From positions 531 through 64,530 of the forward strand of contig SFTJ01000004.1 in the NCBI GenBank assembly GCA_004563195.1: 64,000 nt of DNA. The letters are read 5' to 3'. Below are positions 38,937 through 47,452 of the stretch, one piece after another; position 1 is the stretch's first letter; each line of letters starts with the position of its first letter. The stretch comes from a bacterium. Its GTDB lineage: Bacteria > Bacteroidota > Bacteroidia > Bacteroidales > Muribaculaceae. Made by a program: the position numbers and the translations under genes. The notes beneath the pieces were generated by a model. It searched no databases. It worked only from the letters and a program-made list of their open reading frames with translations, and was not told the origin of the DNA.

Positions 38937-39941
38937 CTAAAGTTCAAAACTCGATTTTTCGGGCAATATATGCTGAAACGCATTCTTGATATTATCTATC
39001 ACGAGGTCGTAATTGCGTATGTGAACATTATCGTTCAGGCAGATAAGGGTATACGACTGTCGGTATATTGCCTTAACCGCCTGCTTGGGGCGAACCATAA
39101 GCGGGAACATCTTTGTATCCTTATATGTATTATACGGCACAAAATTGCCTCGGCATATCTGCCATGTACGGAAAAGTTCGGGAGTATAGTCGGTCAGAGC
39201 CCGAAATTTGTTGACCGATGTTTCTGTAAGTTCTTTTTCTGCGGCTGCCCACACCTCATTAAATGTGCTTTTTAGATACGGTTGGGCATTGTGTGGCGTG
39301 CGGAGGGTGATGAATTTATCGTAGAAATAAAGGATGTAATTCCATCGTGCCTTTATTCCATAACTTTTATCAAACCATTTGTCGCGATGAAGCGCCATTA
39401 CTTCTTTCTTGTCGAAGTGACGATTGATGATTTGAATATTATTCTTTATTCTCCTATACCACTGCGACCATGTAGGATTGTAGTCAAACACAGCTATATC
39501 GCAGGGAAGCCCGTTTTGAAAAAACCGTTCTTTCCCTAAGTGGTTAATTATATAGAAATCGTCGTTGAAATACACAAAATGCTCTGCCAATCCCGGTATT
39601 TTGTGCATATATCGCTCTATAACCACTGAGTTATATGTAGGCAAAAACTGCGTCGGTATGAAATCTTCATGATTAACCAAATGGATTTTCGGATTATTCT
39701 CATCAAGCCATTCGGGCTTCTGACCATCGGTTATAAAATGTATCTTTCGCACCCATGGAGCAAACTTTTCCACCCCTCTAAACCAATATTTTAAGAATCC
39801 ATTGTCTCTGAACCGGGCTTTCGAAACTCCGTTCTTGCTGTTATTCTTATTATTGGAATATTGGGCGAATTTGGCTTGCCATTTGGGATCGTTCATGTCA
39901 ACCCATGTAATTACAAAATCAATATCCATATTTTGTTGCAT
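38937..39941 (-). CDS. Stealth-family hexose-1-phosphate phosphotransferase, copy 1
   Basis: 334 aa. CR1 DFVITWVDMNDPKW, CR2 FAPWVRKIHFITDGQKPEWL and CR3 NSVVIERYMHKIPGLAEHFVYFNDD. Confidence 0.85.
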   Translation of the reverse strand: MQQNMDIDFVITWVDMNDPKWQAKFAQYSNNKNNSKNGVSKARFRDNGFLKYWFRGVEKFAPWVRKIHFITDGQKPEWLDENNPKIHLVNHEDFIPTQFLPTYNSVVIERYMHKIPGLAEHFVYFNDDFYIINHLGKERFFQNGLPCDIAVFDYNPTWSQWYRRIKNNIQIINRHFDKKEVMALHRDKWFDKSYGIKARWNYILYFYDKFITLRTPHNAQPYLKSTFNEVWAAAEKELTETSVNKFRALTDYTPELFRTWQICRGNFVPYNTYKDTKMFPLMVRPKQAVKAIYRQSYTLICLNDNVHIRNYDLVIDNIKNAFQHILPEKSSFEL

Positions 39942-39970
39942 TAGTTGATAAAAAATACTCTTTTTCTTCG

Positions 39971-40918
39971 TTAATTATCCGAACTCATAGCATATTTAAA
40001 GCGATTGTGAGTCCATAAATACAGTTCGGGGCGTTGTCGAATCTCATTTTCCAATCGTTGGAAATACAAGTCGGTCAATTCAAAATCGGGCAGTGATTTC
40101 GGATTGTCGTGAAGCGGTGTAAATTCACATTCATAATATCCTCTTTTCACCCTTCTCACGCTCGCAAACAGTGCATCGTAGCCAAAATGCTTTGTCGCTT
40201 TTTCCGTTCCTATCAGCACCGGTATATTGTGGTTTAGAAAGCGGGTGTAATATTTCACCTCTCTTCTTTTTGGCGACTGGTCGGCTATGAAGCCTATCAT
40301 ATGGGCTCGATTGTCTGTTGCCAAATTTGCCATAAACCTCACTGTTGTTCGCATCTCCACACATTTATTCCCCATTCGTTCGCGCATACTCTTCATGATT
40401 TTATCCATCGATTCGTTACGCAGTTTTCGATAGATTTGCGCCACCACAGCATCTTCATGCAGCCATAAGCCTATTGTAGTCAGCCACTCCCAATTGCCAT
40501 AATGTCCTAAAAACACCGAAATCGATTTACCCTCGGCAAGCATTTCATTCACTCTTTCCATATTGGTAAATTGCATTCGCCGCTTTATCTCTTCGGGGCT
40601 GATTGTGGCCATTTTGCAGCTCTCAAGTGCCATATCGATAAAGAAATGATAGAATTTCTTCTCGATTCTCACTATCTCGTCGATGCCTTTTTCGGGGAAT
40701 GACTCTGTCAAATTCTTTCTGACTATCTTACGGCGATAACGCACCACGAAATAGAATGGATAGAAAAGAATGTCGGATAGCACATAGAGCACCTTAAAGG
40801 GGATATATGATAAAACCTTTATAAGAGAAAGTACAACATAATAGTGCAACATAGCAAACGACATAAATGTTTTAGCATCATTTATATTTTTCAACAAACA
40901 GTTTTCAGTTTCACTCAT
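39971..40918 (-). CDS. LpxL/HtrB/MsbB-type lysophospholipid (lipid A late) acyltransferase
   Basis: 315 aa. An N-terminal membrane anchor, then RRKIVRKNLTESFPEK and the HxxxxD-type region LGHYGNWEW, typical of the family. Confidence 0.7.
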   Translation of the reverse strand: MSETENCLLKNINDAKTFMSFAMLHYYVVLSLIKVLSYIPFKVLYVLSDILFYPFYFVVRYRRKIVRKNLTESFPEKGIDEIVRIEKKFYHFFIDMALESCKMATISPEEIKRRMQFTNMERVNEMLAEGKSISVFLGHYGNWEWLTTIGLWLHEDAVVAQIYRKLRNESMDKIMKSMRERMGNKCVEMRTTVRFMANLATDNRAHMIGFIADQSPKRREVKYYTRFLNHNIPVLIGTEKATKHFGYDALFASVRRVKRGYYECEFTPLHDNPKSLPDFELTDLYFQRLENEIRQRPELYLWTHNRFKYAMSSDN

Positions 40919-41190
40919 AAGCAGCTATTATATGTCATCAAAAATCGTGCGATTGCCTCCTACGGCAAAACTCTTGATGATGGGTTGTGAAATTTCCGAT
41001 TCTGCCCATGTATCTGCATGTGTAGGGATAACAGGCTTCGCCAATTCCGAAAAATCGAAACGAGAAAAGTCTTTTATCCTTTTTCATGCAAAACATAGTT
41101 GACAATGGGCTGATCAGCGAACTGAAATCCGACTTAATACCCCCATTTGTCAATATAGCATCGTATCTCATATATCCTCTATATAATTCT

Positions 41191-41242
41191 AAAACTCATT
41201 TTTGAAATCCCTCTCTTATGAAGAGAGGGGCTTATGAGTTTT
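41191..41242. other. nested perfect hairpin at the upstream edge of the AT-rich operon
   Basis: Outer arms AAAACTCAT (41191-41199) / ATGAGTTTT (41234-41242). Inner stem CCCTCTCTT (41209-41217) - ATG - AAGAGAGGG (41221-41229). Confidence 0.5.
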
Positions 41243-41449
41243 CAAAGGTACGTAAAATATTGCAAATTGGGGAGTTATTTTGTGAGAAAGTTCACCTATG
41301 ATGTATAAAAAGCGCAAAAAAGCGGAGCGAAAATGTGTCAGGAGAATGTGTTGAAAACCTCTCGATAAGAGGCAGTTCGTCATTCTCCGATACATTACCC
41401 GATTGCGCAAGCGAAGTAGCTTCTACAAGATTTGCATCTCAATAGGCTA

Positions 41450-42709
41450 TCAGCGATTATTGTATGCTTCGAGGGCTTTTTCGAGTATCATTATGGCGCG
41501 GCGTAGGTCGTCTTTGCACAGCACATACGCAAGTCGCACTTGGTCCTTGCCCAACTCGGGATTGGTGTAGAATCCGGCTGCAGGTGCCATCAGAATGGTC
41601 TCGCCAACGGGCGCCTTGTCGCTACCTCCCGAGATGCGCAGTGTGGGCGTCACCTCGTCGCTGTAACGAAATTCCCGCAAGCACCAGGCGCAGAACTCTT
41701 CGGCATCGTCGACAGGTAGTTTTGCCACTGTGTAGAACGCGCCCATAGGGATGGGCGTGTAGCATCCGGGTATGCGGTTCACACCATCTATCAAGCACTT
41801 GCGGCGCTCGGTGTATTCCTCATACACTTCGCGCGAATATGCCTCGGTGCCTTCTATCGATGCCTCTGCCACTATCTGTCCTATCAATGGCGGACTCAAT
41901 CGGGCTTGACAGAACTTCATCACCGTGTCGCGCACTGCCTTATTTTTGGATATAAGCGCGCCTATGCGTATGCCGCACTCCGAGTAGCGCTTGCTCACCG
42001 AGTCGATGAGCACCACATGTTGCTCTATTCCCTCGAGGTGCATGGCTGAGATGTAGGGCGAACCGGTGTAGATAAACTCGCGATACACTTCGTCGGAGAA
42101 CAAATAGAGATTATATTTCTTCACCAAGTCGCGTATCTGGCGCATTTCGCGCTGGGTATAGAGATAGCCTGTTGGGTTATTGGGATTGCATATCAATATC
42201 GCCTTTGTGCGCTCGTTGATGAGTTCCTCAAATCGCTCCACCTTGGGCAGACAGAAGCCCTCGTCGATGGTGGTAGCCACAGTGCGTATCACGGCTCCCG
42301 CCGAGATGGCGAAACTCATATAGTTGGCATACGCCGGCTCGGGCACTATTATCTCGTCGCCGGGATTGAGGCAACTCATAAAGGCAAAAAGCACTGCCTC
42401 AGAGCCGCCGCTGGTGATGATTATCTCATCGGCATTAAGTTTTATCTGATAGCGGTCGTAATAGCCCACCAATGCCTCTCGCAGCGAGCGATAGCCTTGC
42501 GACGGACTGTATTCGAGCGTGGTGCGGTCAATCGATTTGAGCACATCGAGCGCCTTTTGGGGCGTTGGCAAGTCTGGCTGACCTATGTTCAACCTATAGA
42601 TTTTCACTCCTTCGTCTTCGGCTGCGTAGGCAAGCGGTGCCAATTTGCGTATCGGAGAAGCGGGCATCTCCTCGCCTCTCATCGATATTTGCAATGTTCT
42701 TTCTGTCAT
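41450..42709 (-). CDS. class I/II PLP-dependent aminotransferase (aspartate aminotransferase-like)
   Basis: 419 aa. LNIGQPDLPTP, CNPNNPTG and the PLP-lysine region DSVSKRYSECGIRIG. Confidence 0.85.
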   Translation of the reverse strand: MTERTLQISMRGEEMPASPIRKLAPLAYAAEDEGVKIYRLNIGQPDLPTPQKALDVLKSIDRTTLEYSPSQGYRSLREALVGYYDRYQIKLNADEIIITSGGSEAVLFAFMSCLNPGDEIIVPEPAYANYMSFAISAGAVIRTVATTIDEGFCLPKVERFEELINERTKAILICNPNNPTGYLYTQREMRQIRDLVKKYNLYLFSDEVYREFIYTGSPYISAMHLEGIEQHVVLIDSVSKRYSECGIRIGALISKNKAVRDTVMKFCQARLSPPLIGQIVAEASIEGTEAYSREVYEEYTERRKCLIDGVNRIPGCYTPIPMGAFYTVAKLPVDDAEEFCAWCLREFRYSDEVTPTLRISGGSDKAPVGETILMAPAAGFYTNPELGKDQVRLAYVLCKDDLRRAIMILEKALEAYNNR

Positions 42710-43125
42710 TCTCTACTTATTCTGTCTTATTTTGCCCCTCCTCTGCGTTTTTTTGGGGGCGATTAATAAAATATATACACACTTTTTGGTCATAGCTTAC
42801 GGCATCGCTCTGATGCATAACCCTTTACCACATGCACAATGCAGCCTTTTGCGGCTTATGCATTGCTTTGAGTTTGCAATATTCGCAATTTTTCCCGTAA
42901 AGTGCAAGAAATTTGACAATATTTACATCATTTTGAAAAAATATCACCTCTTTTTTGTAGTCTTGCCTAATATAAAAGCAATGCCCAAAAATTGCATTTT
43001 GCTAACAATCAACCAAAAATACCACACTAAAAATAGCACTAATTAGAAAAAATAGACCTATATTTGCATCGACCAATGGCATTTTGCCAATATGGACGGT
43101 ACTAATCCTCTAATTCTTGTGCACT

Positions 43126-44163
43126 ATGACTGAAAACAGGCCAAAGATTCTAATCATATACACCGGTGGCACCATCGGAATGATTGAAAATCCAGTTACC
43201 AAGGGTCTTCAACCGTTCGATTTCACCCACCTCATCGATAACGTGCCTAAACTGAAGATGCTCGACTACGACATCCGAAACATTCAGTTCGACCCGCCTA
43301 TCGATAGCTCTAATATGTCGACCGAACACTGGTGCGACATAGCCCATGCCATAGAGGACGGAAACGACACTTTCGACGGTTTTGTGGTGCTTCACGGCAC
43401 CGACACCATGGCGTTCACCGCCTCGGCTCTGAGTTTTATGCTCGAGAATCTGCAGAAACCGGTCATCATCACAGGCAGCCAGCTGCCCATTGGCGAGGTA
43501 CGTACCGATGGCGAGGAAAACCTCATCACTGCCATTCAGATTGCCGCCGCCCGAAACAATAACGGCGAACCAATGGTGCAAGAAGTGGCTATCCTGTTTG
43601 AAAACTATCTGTGGCGCGGCAACCGCAGCACCAAAATGAGCGCCAATCACTTCAATGCTTTCAAAAGCAACAACTACCCTTCTCTTGCCAAAATCGGACT
43701 CGACATCCAGTATCACGAGGAATCGCTCTTCCGCACCAACACCAAGCGCCCGCTGCAGGTGCACTATGGTATGGACCCCAATGTGCTATTCATCGACTTG
43801 TTCCCGGGCATCACCGAGGGAACTCTGCGACACATGCTCAACACTCCTAACGTGAAAGGCATTGTGCTACGCACCTACGGCGCCGGAAATGCGCCTACCG
43901 CTTCGTGGTTTACCAATGCCATAAGCGATGCACTCAACCGCGGTATTGTGATAGTGAATGTCACACAGTGCGTTAACGGCGCTGTCGACAGTTCGCTCTA
44001 CGACACCGGCAACACGCTCTCGCGAATAGGTGTTATCAGCGGTCACGACATCACCAGCGAAGCTGCCATTACCAAACTTATGCACCTCTTCGGCATGGGA
44101 TTGCCGGCTTCGTCGGTTAAGAAGTATATGGAATACAGCATTTGCGGCGAAACTTCTATCTGA
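43126..44163 (+). CDS. ansA: L-asparaginase, type I
   Basis: ATG at 43126 (the listed ORF begins at an upstream TTG). Catalytic motifs ILIIYTGGTIGM and HGTDTMAFTAS. Confidence 0.9.
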   Translation: MTENRPKILIIYTGGTIGMIENPVTKGLQPFDFTHLIDNVPKLKMLDYDIRNIQFDPPIDSSNMSTEHWCDIAHAIEDGNDTFDGFVVLHGTDTMAFTASALSFMLENLQKPVIITGSQLPIGEVRTDGEENLITAIQIAAARNNNGEPMVQEVAILFENYLWRGNRSTKMSANHFNAFKSNNYPSLAKIGLDIQYHEESLFRTNTKRPLQVHYGMDPNVLFIDLFPGITEGTLRHMLNTPNVKGIVLRTYGAGNAPTASWFTNAISDALNRGIVIVNVTQCVNGAVDSSLYDTGNTLSRIGVISGHDITSEAAITKLMHLFGMGLPASSVKKYMEYSICGETSI

Positions 44164-44192
44164 ATTTCTGCATAACAATAAGGAAAAACATC

Positions 44193-44250
44193 AAGCACCC
44201 TATTGTAGTAGCTACTATCACTCAATAGCAACTGCGGCAATAGGGTGCTT
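44193..44250 (-). terminator. long hairpin between the convergent ansA and NDT-like genes
   Basis: Perfect 13-bp arms AAGCACCCTATTG / CAATAGGGTGCTT with a 32-nt loop. The minus-strand read continues GATGTTTTTCC. Confidence 0.5.
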
Positions 44251-44273
44251 GTTATAGGTGCATCGCGCGATGT

Positions 44274-44702
44274 TCAGGCTTTCAGCGCCTCAAGAAGTTC
44301 GTCGATGGTGGTGGTAACGGCATCAAACAGTCGATACATCAGTTCCGGCTCTTGCTTCACCGGGATGTGCACTATCACTTTCTTGCCTCGTCCGGCAAAC
44401 CAGCCCGCCTCGGTGTGGGCAGAGCGTCCGCACGGCAAGAGCAACACGCACACATCGCAACTCTGCATGGCACGCAGGTCATTGGCAAATTGGCAATCGC
44501 AGCGCGGATTGTTCATCAATTCATCGCGATAGCGCTGCGGCTCCCACTCAAGCCAATCGGCTGAGATGTCGCTCCAGCGAAACCCGTCGCCTCCGTCGCC
44601 GGGATTGCGAAAATCATATACATCATATCCGGCCTCGCGCAGGGCTTGCACTATGCCGGGAAAATACTCGTTGCGCCAACTGCTGGCTAAATATATCTTC
44701 AT
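44274..44702 (-). CDS. nucleoside 2-deoxyribosyltransferase-superfamily protein (NDT/Rcl-like), function unknown
   Basis: 142 aa. MKIYLASSW... and RSAHTEAGWFAGRGKKVIV fit the NDT-fold pattern, with the catalytic Glu in the TE.G...G.GK.V context. Confidence 0.5.
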   Translation of the reverse strand: MKIYLASSWRNEYFPGIVQALREAGYDVYDFRNPGDGGDGFRWSDISADWLEWEPQRYRDELMNNPRCDCQFANDLRAMQSCDVCVLLLPCGRSAHTEAGWFAGRGKKVIVHIPVKQEPELMYRLFDAVTTTIDELLEALKA

Positions 44703-44736
44703 GGTTTGTAGAGTTTTGTTTTGCGTTAATTCTCTG

Positions 44737-45102
44737 TTATTCTTCCACTAATTCCAGACCTATGCTCTCTCGCATGCGGCGGCTTATCTTTTTCACCACT
44801 TGATTATAACTGTGGCGTATGAGATGGCATATCAGTTCGTCGCTCAGATTGCCCACAAGGTTGAGCATATTCCAGTAGCGTTTGTTCATGTGCCAGGCTC
44901 CGGTTATCTCGGTGTGATGTTCGCGAAGTGCCACGGCATACTCGGGGTCGCACTTCAGCGTGAGCCATTCGTGCCGCTCGAGGTCAATCATAGCAAATAT
45001 CTTCCCCTCTATGCGAAACACCAGCGTGGTTTCGTCGAAAGGAAAATCCTCTGTCACTCGGGGCAATGTGAGGCAGTAATCTCTTATACTCTCTATATTC
45101 AT
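44737..45102 (-). CDS. MmcQ/YjbR-family DNA-binding protein
   Basis: Start taken at MNIESIRDYCLTLPRVTEDFPFD (ATG verified at 45100-45102). KCDPEYAVALREHHTEITGAWHMNKRYWN is typical of YjbR. Confidence 0.75.
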   Translation of the reverse strand: MNIESIRDYCLTLPRVTEDFPFDETTLVFRIEGKIFAMIDLERHEWLTLKCDPEYAVALREHHTEITGAWHMNKRYWNMLNLVGNLSDELICHLIRHSYNQVVKKISRRMRESIGLELVEE

Positions 45103-45116
45103 GGTCTCGGAGCTAT

Positions 45117-45881
45117 TCAGAAGTGGTATCTGCCTTTTTTCTGTGTCTGTTTGCCATATTGAATGGCGCGCATGGGGCAACGGTGTATGCAGCTCAAGCA
45201 CATGGCGCAATTGCCGTGCCACTCGGGCACGCCGTCGCTGCTGAGGCTGATATTGGCATTGGGGCACACCTTTACGCACTTGCCGCAACCGTTGCAAAGT
45301 GGTTTCTGTGAAGCAAAGCCGCTGTCGCTCATAGCATAGCGGCGAAACATAGGATACACCACTTTCGATTTCAGCCAGGGCATAGAGCCTCTCACCACAT
45401 CGTCGCAGGCGCTGCGGCTCTCGATGGCTGCCACCACTTGTGCTATGCGTGGCACGGCGGCATTACGCTTCTTCACCTCCAAGTCCTTGGCATCTACGTC
45501 GAAGCCGGGAAGCAGTATATAGTTGTTGGGCATCTGCACCGACATTGCCATATTGCAGTGCATGCCGCGCTTTGACATCTCGCTGCGCCACATCTGCGCC
45601 GAGAGTGCTATATCGTCGCCGCAAGTGGTGACCATATAGCTATAGGTGTGGCTTGCAAAGCCTTCTATCTCCACCTTTCGGGCAAATGCCACGGCTATGG
45701 GCGCCGGACCCCACGAATAGGTGGGAAACACCCAGCCCACCGTCTCGCCTTCGCCAAGCGTGTAATGCATTTCGCCACTGTTGATGGCTTGAGCCATGCC
45801 TATCAGTCGCTCGCCGAGGGCTTCGGCCAACTGTCGCGCCACATATTCGCTGTTGCCTGTTCCGCTAAAATAGAATATCAT
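45117..45881 (-). CDS. EFR1-family ferredoxin (flavodoxin-like domain + 2x[4Fe-4S] motif)
   Basis: 254 aa. MIFYFSGTGNSEYVA, then CNGCGKCVKVCP and CAMCLSCIHRCP. Confidence 0.8.
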   Translation of the reverse strand: MIFYFSGTGNSEYVARQLAEALGERLIGMAQAINSGEMHYTLGEGETVGWVFPTYSWGPAPIAVAFARKVEIEGFASHTYSYMVTTCGDDIALSAQMWRSEMSKRGMHCNMAMSVQMPNNYILLPGFDVDAKDLEVKKRNAAVPRIAQVVAAIESRSACDDVVRGSMPWLKSKVVYPMFRRYAMSDSGFASQKPLCNGCGKCVKVCPNANISLSSDGVPEWHGNCAMCLSCIHRCPMRAIQYGKQTQKKGRYHF

Positions 45882-45896
45882 CGCCGGGAAGGTATA

Positions 45897-46955
45897 TTAT
45901 TTGATGGTTACTTGCGTAGCGCCGAAGCCATATTCTCTGAAACTTGCATCTTGGGCCTCACAGCGCGGATAGCGGCGCTTGAGTTCGTCGAGAATCGCTT
46001 TGCGAAGCACGCCCTCGCCCTTACCGTGAATAAACACTATCTTCTGCCCTATGTGTTTTTTGTGAGCATCGATGGTTTCGCGAAACTTATCGAGCTGATA
46101 GAGCAGCATATCGGTAGAACTCATTCCTGCCGTGGTGTCGAGGAGTTCATCGATGTGAAGGTCCACCACTATCGGGCCCTCGGCGGGGCGTTTTGCCACC
46201 GGTTTACGATTGGGCTTTTCGGCGGCTCGCTTTTCGCGCATGGCTCGCTCCAGGTCGCTGCTGTCTATCACCATTTGGCGCATTGGCAGGTCGTTCTTCA
46301 CTATGTCGAGCGCTATCACGGGCGAGTCGAAGTACATATTGTCGTGGAAACAATGCAGTTTGTAGAACTTGGTGGTGTCGAGTCGATATTCCACCAAAGC
46401 GGGATTTTTCAACTTGAAGGGTTTATCCTGCTTGAATGCCACGTACTGCACAGCCACGCGGTCCATCTCGGGCAATGCCTCGCGGGTGAACTCTTCGAGC
46501 AGCACTTGTATGTTAGGCTCCACTATGCCGTGAAAGCGGGTTTTCCACATGCCGCTCTCATCGTCGCGCGACATGTAGCTGAAATAGAGGTAATAATTGC
46601 TGTCGTTCACCAGATAGGCATAGAACTTGGTGGTATTGAGATGCTTAATCTCGGCGGGCTCGTAGGCAAGCACCACATTGAGCACCTCGCCGGTTTCGGT
46701 CTCTTCTACCGGCAGTGCAGCAGGCATGGGCTTTGGTCCCGGAGCCTCCACTTCCTTGCTCTTGGCGGGCACTATGGGGCGGTCGTAGGCGGTGGGCTTC
46801 GACTTGCTCTCCTCCACCACCACTATCTCACGCAGAAGCACCGGTGTCTCAAACCCGTCCTCATCTTCCACATATGCCAGATTATCCACTATCTTGCTTA
46901 TTCGTCCGCCTCCCTGTGCATTCAGAAAGCGCACTATATCATTCACTTTTGCCAT
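45897..46955 (-). CDS. DUF2027-like protein with a C-terminal Smr domain
   Basis: Start taken at MAKVNDIVRF; the listed upstream start at 46985 is a TTG inside the -7 box. Smr signature IVVDLHIDEL...KIVFIHGKGEGVLRKAI. Confidence 0.75.
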   Translation of the reverse strand: MAKVNDIVRFLNAQGGGRISKIVDNLAYVEDEDGFETPVLLREIVVVEESKSKPTAYDRPIVPAKSKEVEAPGPKPMPAALPVEETETGEVLNVVLAYEPAEIKHLNTTKFYAYLVNDSNYYLYFSYMSRDDESGMWKTRFHGIVEPNIQVLLEEFTREALPEMDRVAVQYVAFKQDKPFKLKNPALVEYRLDTTKFYKLHCFHDNMYFDSPVIALDIVKNDLPMRQMVIDSSDLERAMREKRAAEKPNRKPVAKRPAEGPIVVDLHIDELLDTTAGMSSTDMLLYQLDKFRETIDAHKKHIGQKIVFIHGKGEGVLRKAILDELKRRYPRCEAQDASFREYGFGATQVTIK

Positions 46956-46982
46956 CGTTTTCTTTGTTATTATTTCCTTTCG

Positions 46983-46990
46983 CAAAGTTA
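46983..46990 (-). promoter_or_regulatory. candidate -7 box (TAACTTTG) for the Smr-EFR1-YjbR-NDT operon
   Basis: Minus-strand TAACTTTG matches TAnnTTTG about 28 nt upstream of the ATG at 46955. No clean -33. Confidence 0.3.
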
Positions 46991-47088
46991 CACATTATCT
47001 GTCGTAATACGCATCACCGAGCCACATTATTTACCCGCCCGGCTACCCCCGCCTCGGCACGTCCATTCCCGCAAATACCCCAAAATAC

Positions 47089-47381
47089 GCACGAAATCGG
47101 TCGTTAGTGCACATTTTTATATACATTAACGACCTGTTTCGTGCATTTTTCCGCCTTGCTTAGGGTTAGCATTTTTCTGCACTCTTTCTATAAGATTTTG
47201 CACGAAATCGGTCGTTAATGCACATTTTTATATACACTAACGACCTGTTTCGTGCATTTTTCGTCTTGCTTAGGGTTAGCATTTTTCTGCACTCTTTCTA
47301 TAAGATTTTGCACGAAATCGGTCGTTAATGCACATTTTTATATACATTAACGACCCGTTTCGTGCATTTTTCGTCTTGCTT
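47089..47381 (+). repeat. tandem repeat, about 110-111 bp x 2.6 copies, each unit carrying a 21-bp-arm hairpin followed by ATTTTT
   Basis: Units start at 47089, 47200 and 47310. The hairpin is GCACGAAATCGGTCGTTAATG-(14 nt)-CATTAACGACCTGTTTCGTGC. Copies differ by only a few substitutions. Confidence 0.9.
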
Positions 47382-47440
47382 GGCTATACATTCGGTTTGG
47401 TTATTGCGGCTTCAGAGTTGCCGAATAGCCGATTGTTTAC

Positions 47441-47448
47441 TACTTTTG
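47441..47448 (+). promoter_or_regulatory. candidate -7 box (TACTTTTG) for mnmD, implying a near-leaderless mRNA
   Basis: TACTTTTG matches TAnnTTTG and ends 4 nt before the ATG at 47453. There is a GTTG 20 nt upstream. Confidence 0.3.
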
Positions 47449-47452
47449 CATT

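Noticed and set aside
40938-41410. Small ORFs 40938-41171 (77 aa) and 41216-41410 (64 aa)
   Set aside because: They have no motifs, odd composition and no promoter or terminator logic. They lie in the intergenic gap that holds the hairpins.
44737-45297. N-terminal extensions of listed ORFs (also 10988-12007, 14007-14540, 15942-18470, 21198-22013, 57215-58510)
   Set aside because: The extended versions overlap the upstream gene or add Arg/Gln-rich junk. Internal ATG codons give native-looking N termini (signal peptides or conserved family starts), so the starts were moved.
45648-47129. 493-aa plus-strand ORF
   Set aside because: It spans the antisense of two independent minus-strand genes (EFR1 ferredoxin and the Smr protein) and their intergenic gap. 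It has no motifs and is a mirror-frame artefact.
47089-47381. CRISPR array?
   Set aside because: The whole roughly 110-bp period is repeated, including the segments between hairpins, so there are no unique spacers. There are no cas genes in the window. The same reasoning applies to the 74-bp array at 18649-18866.
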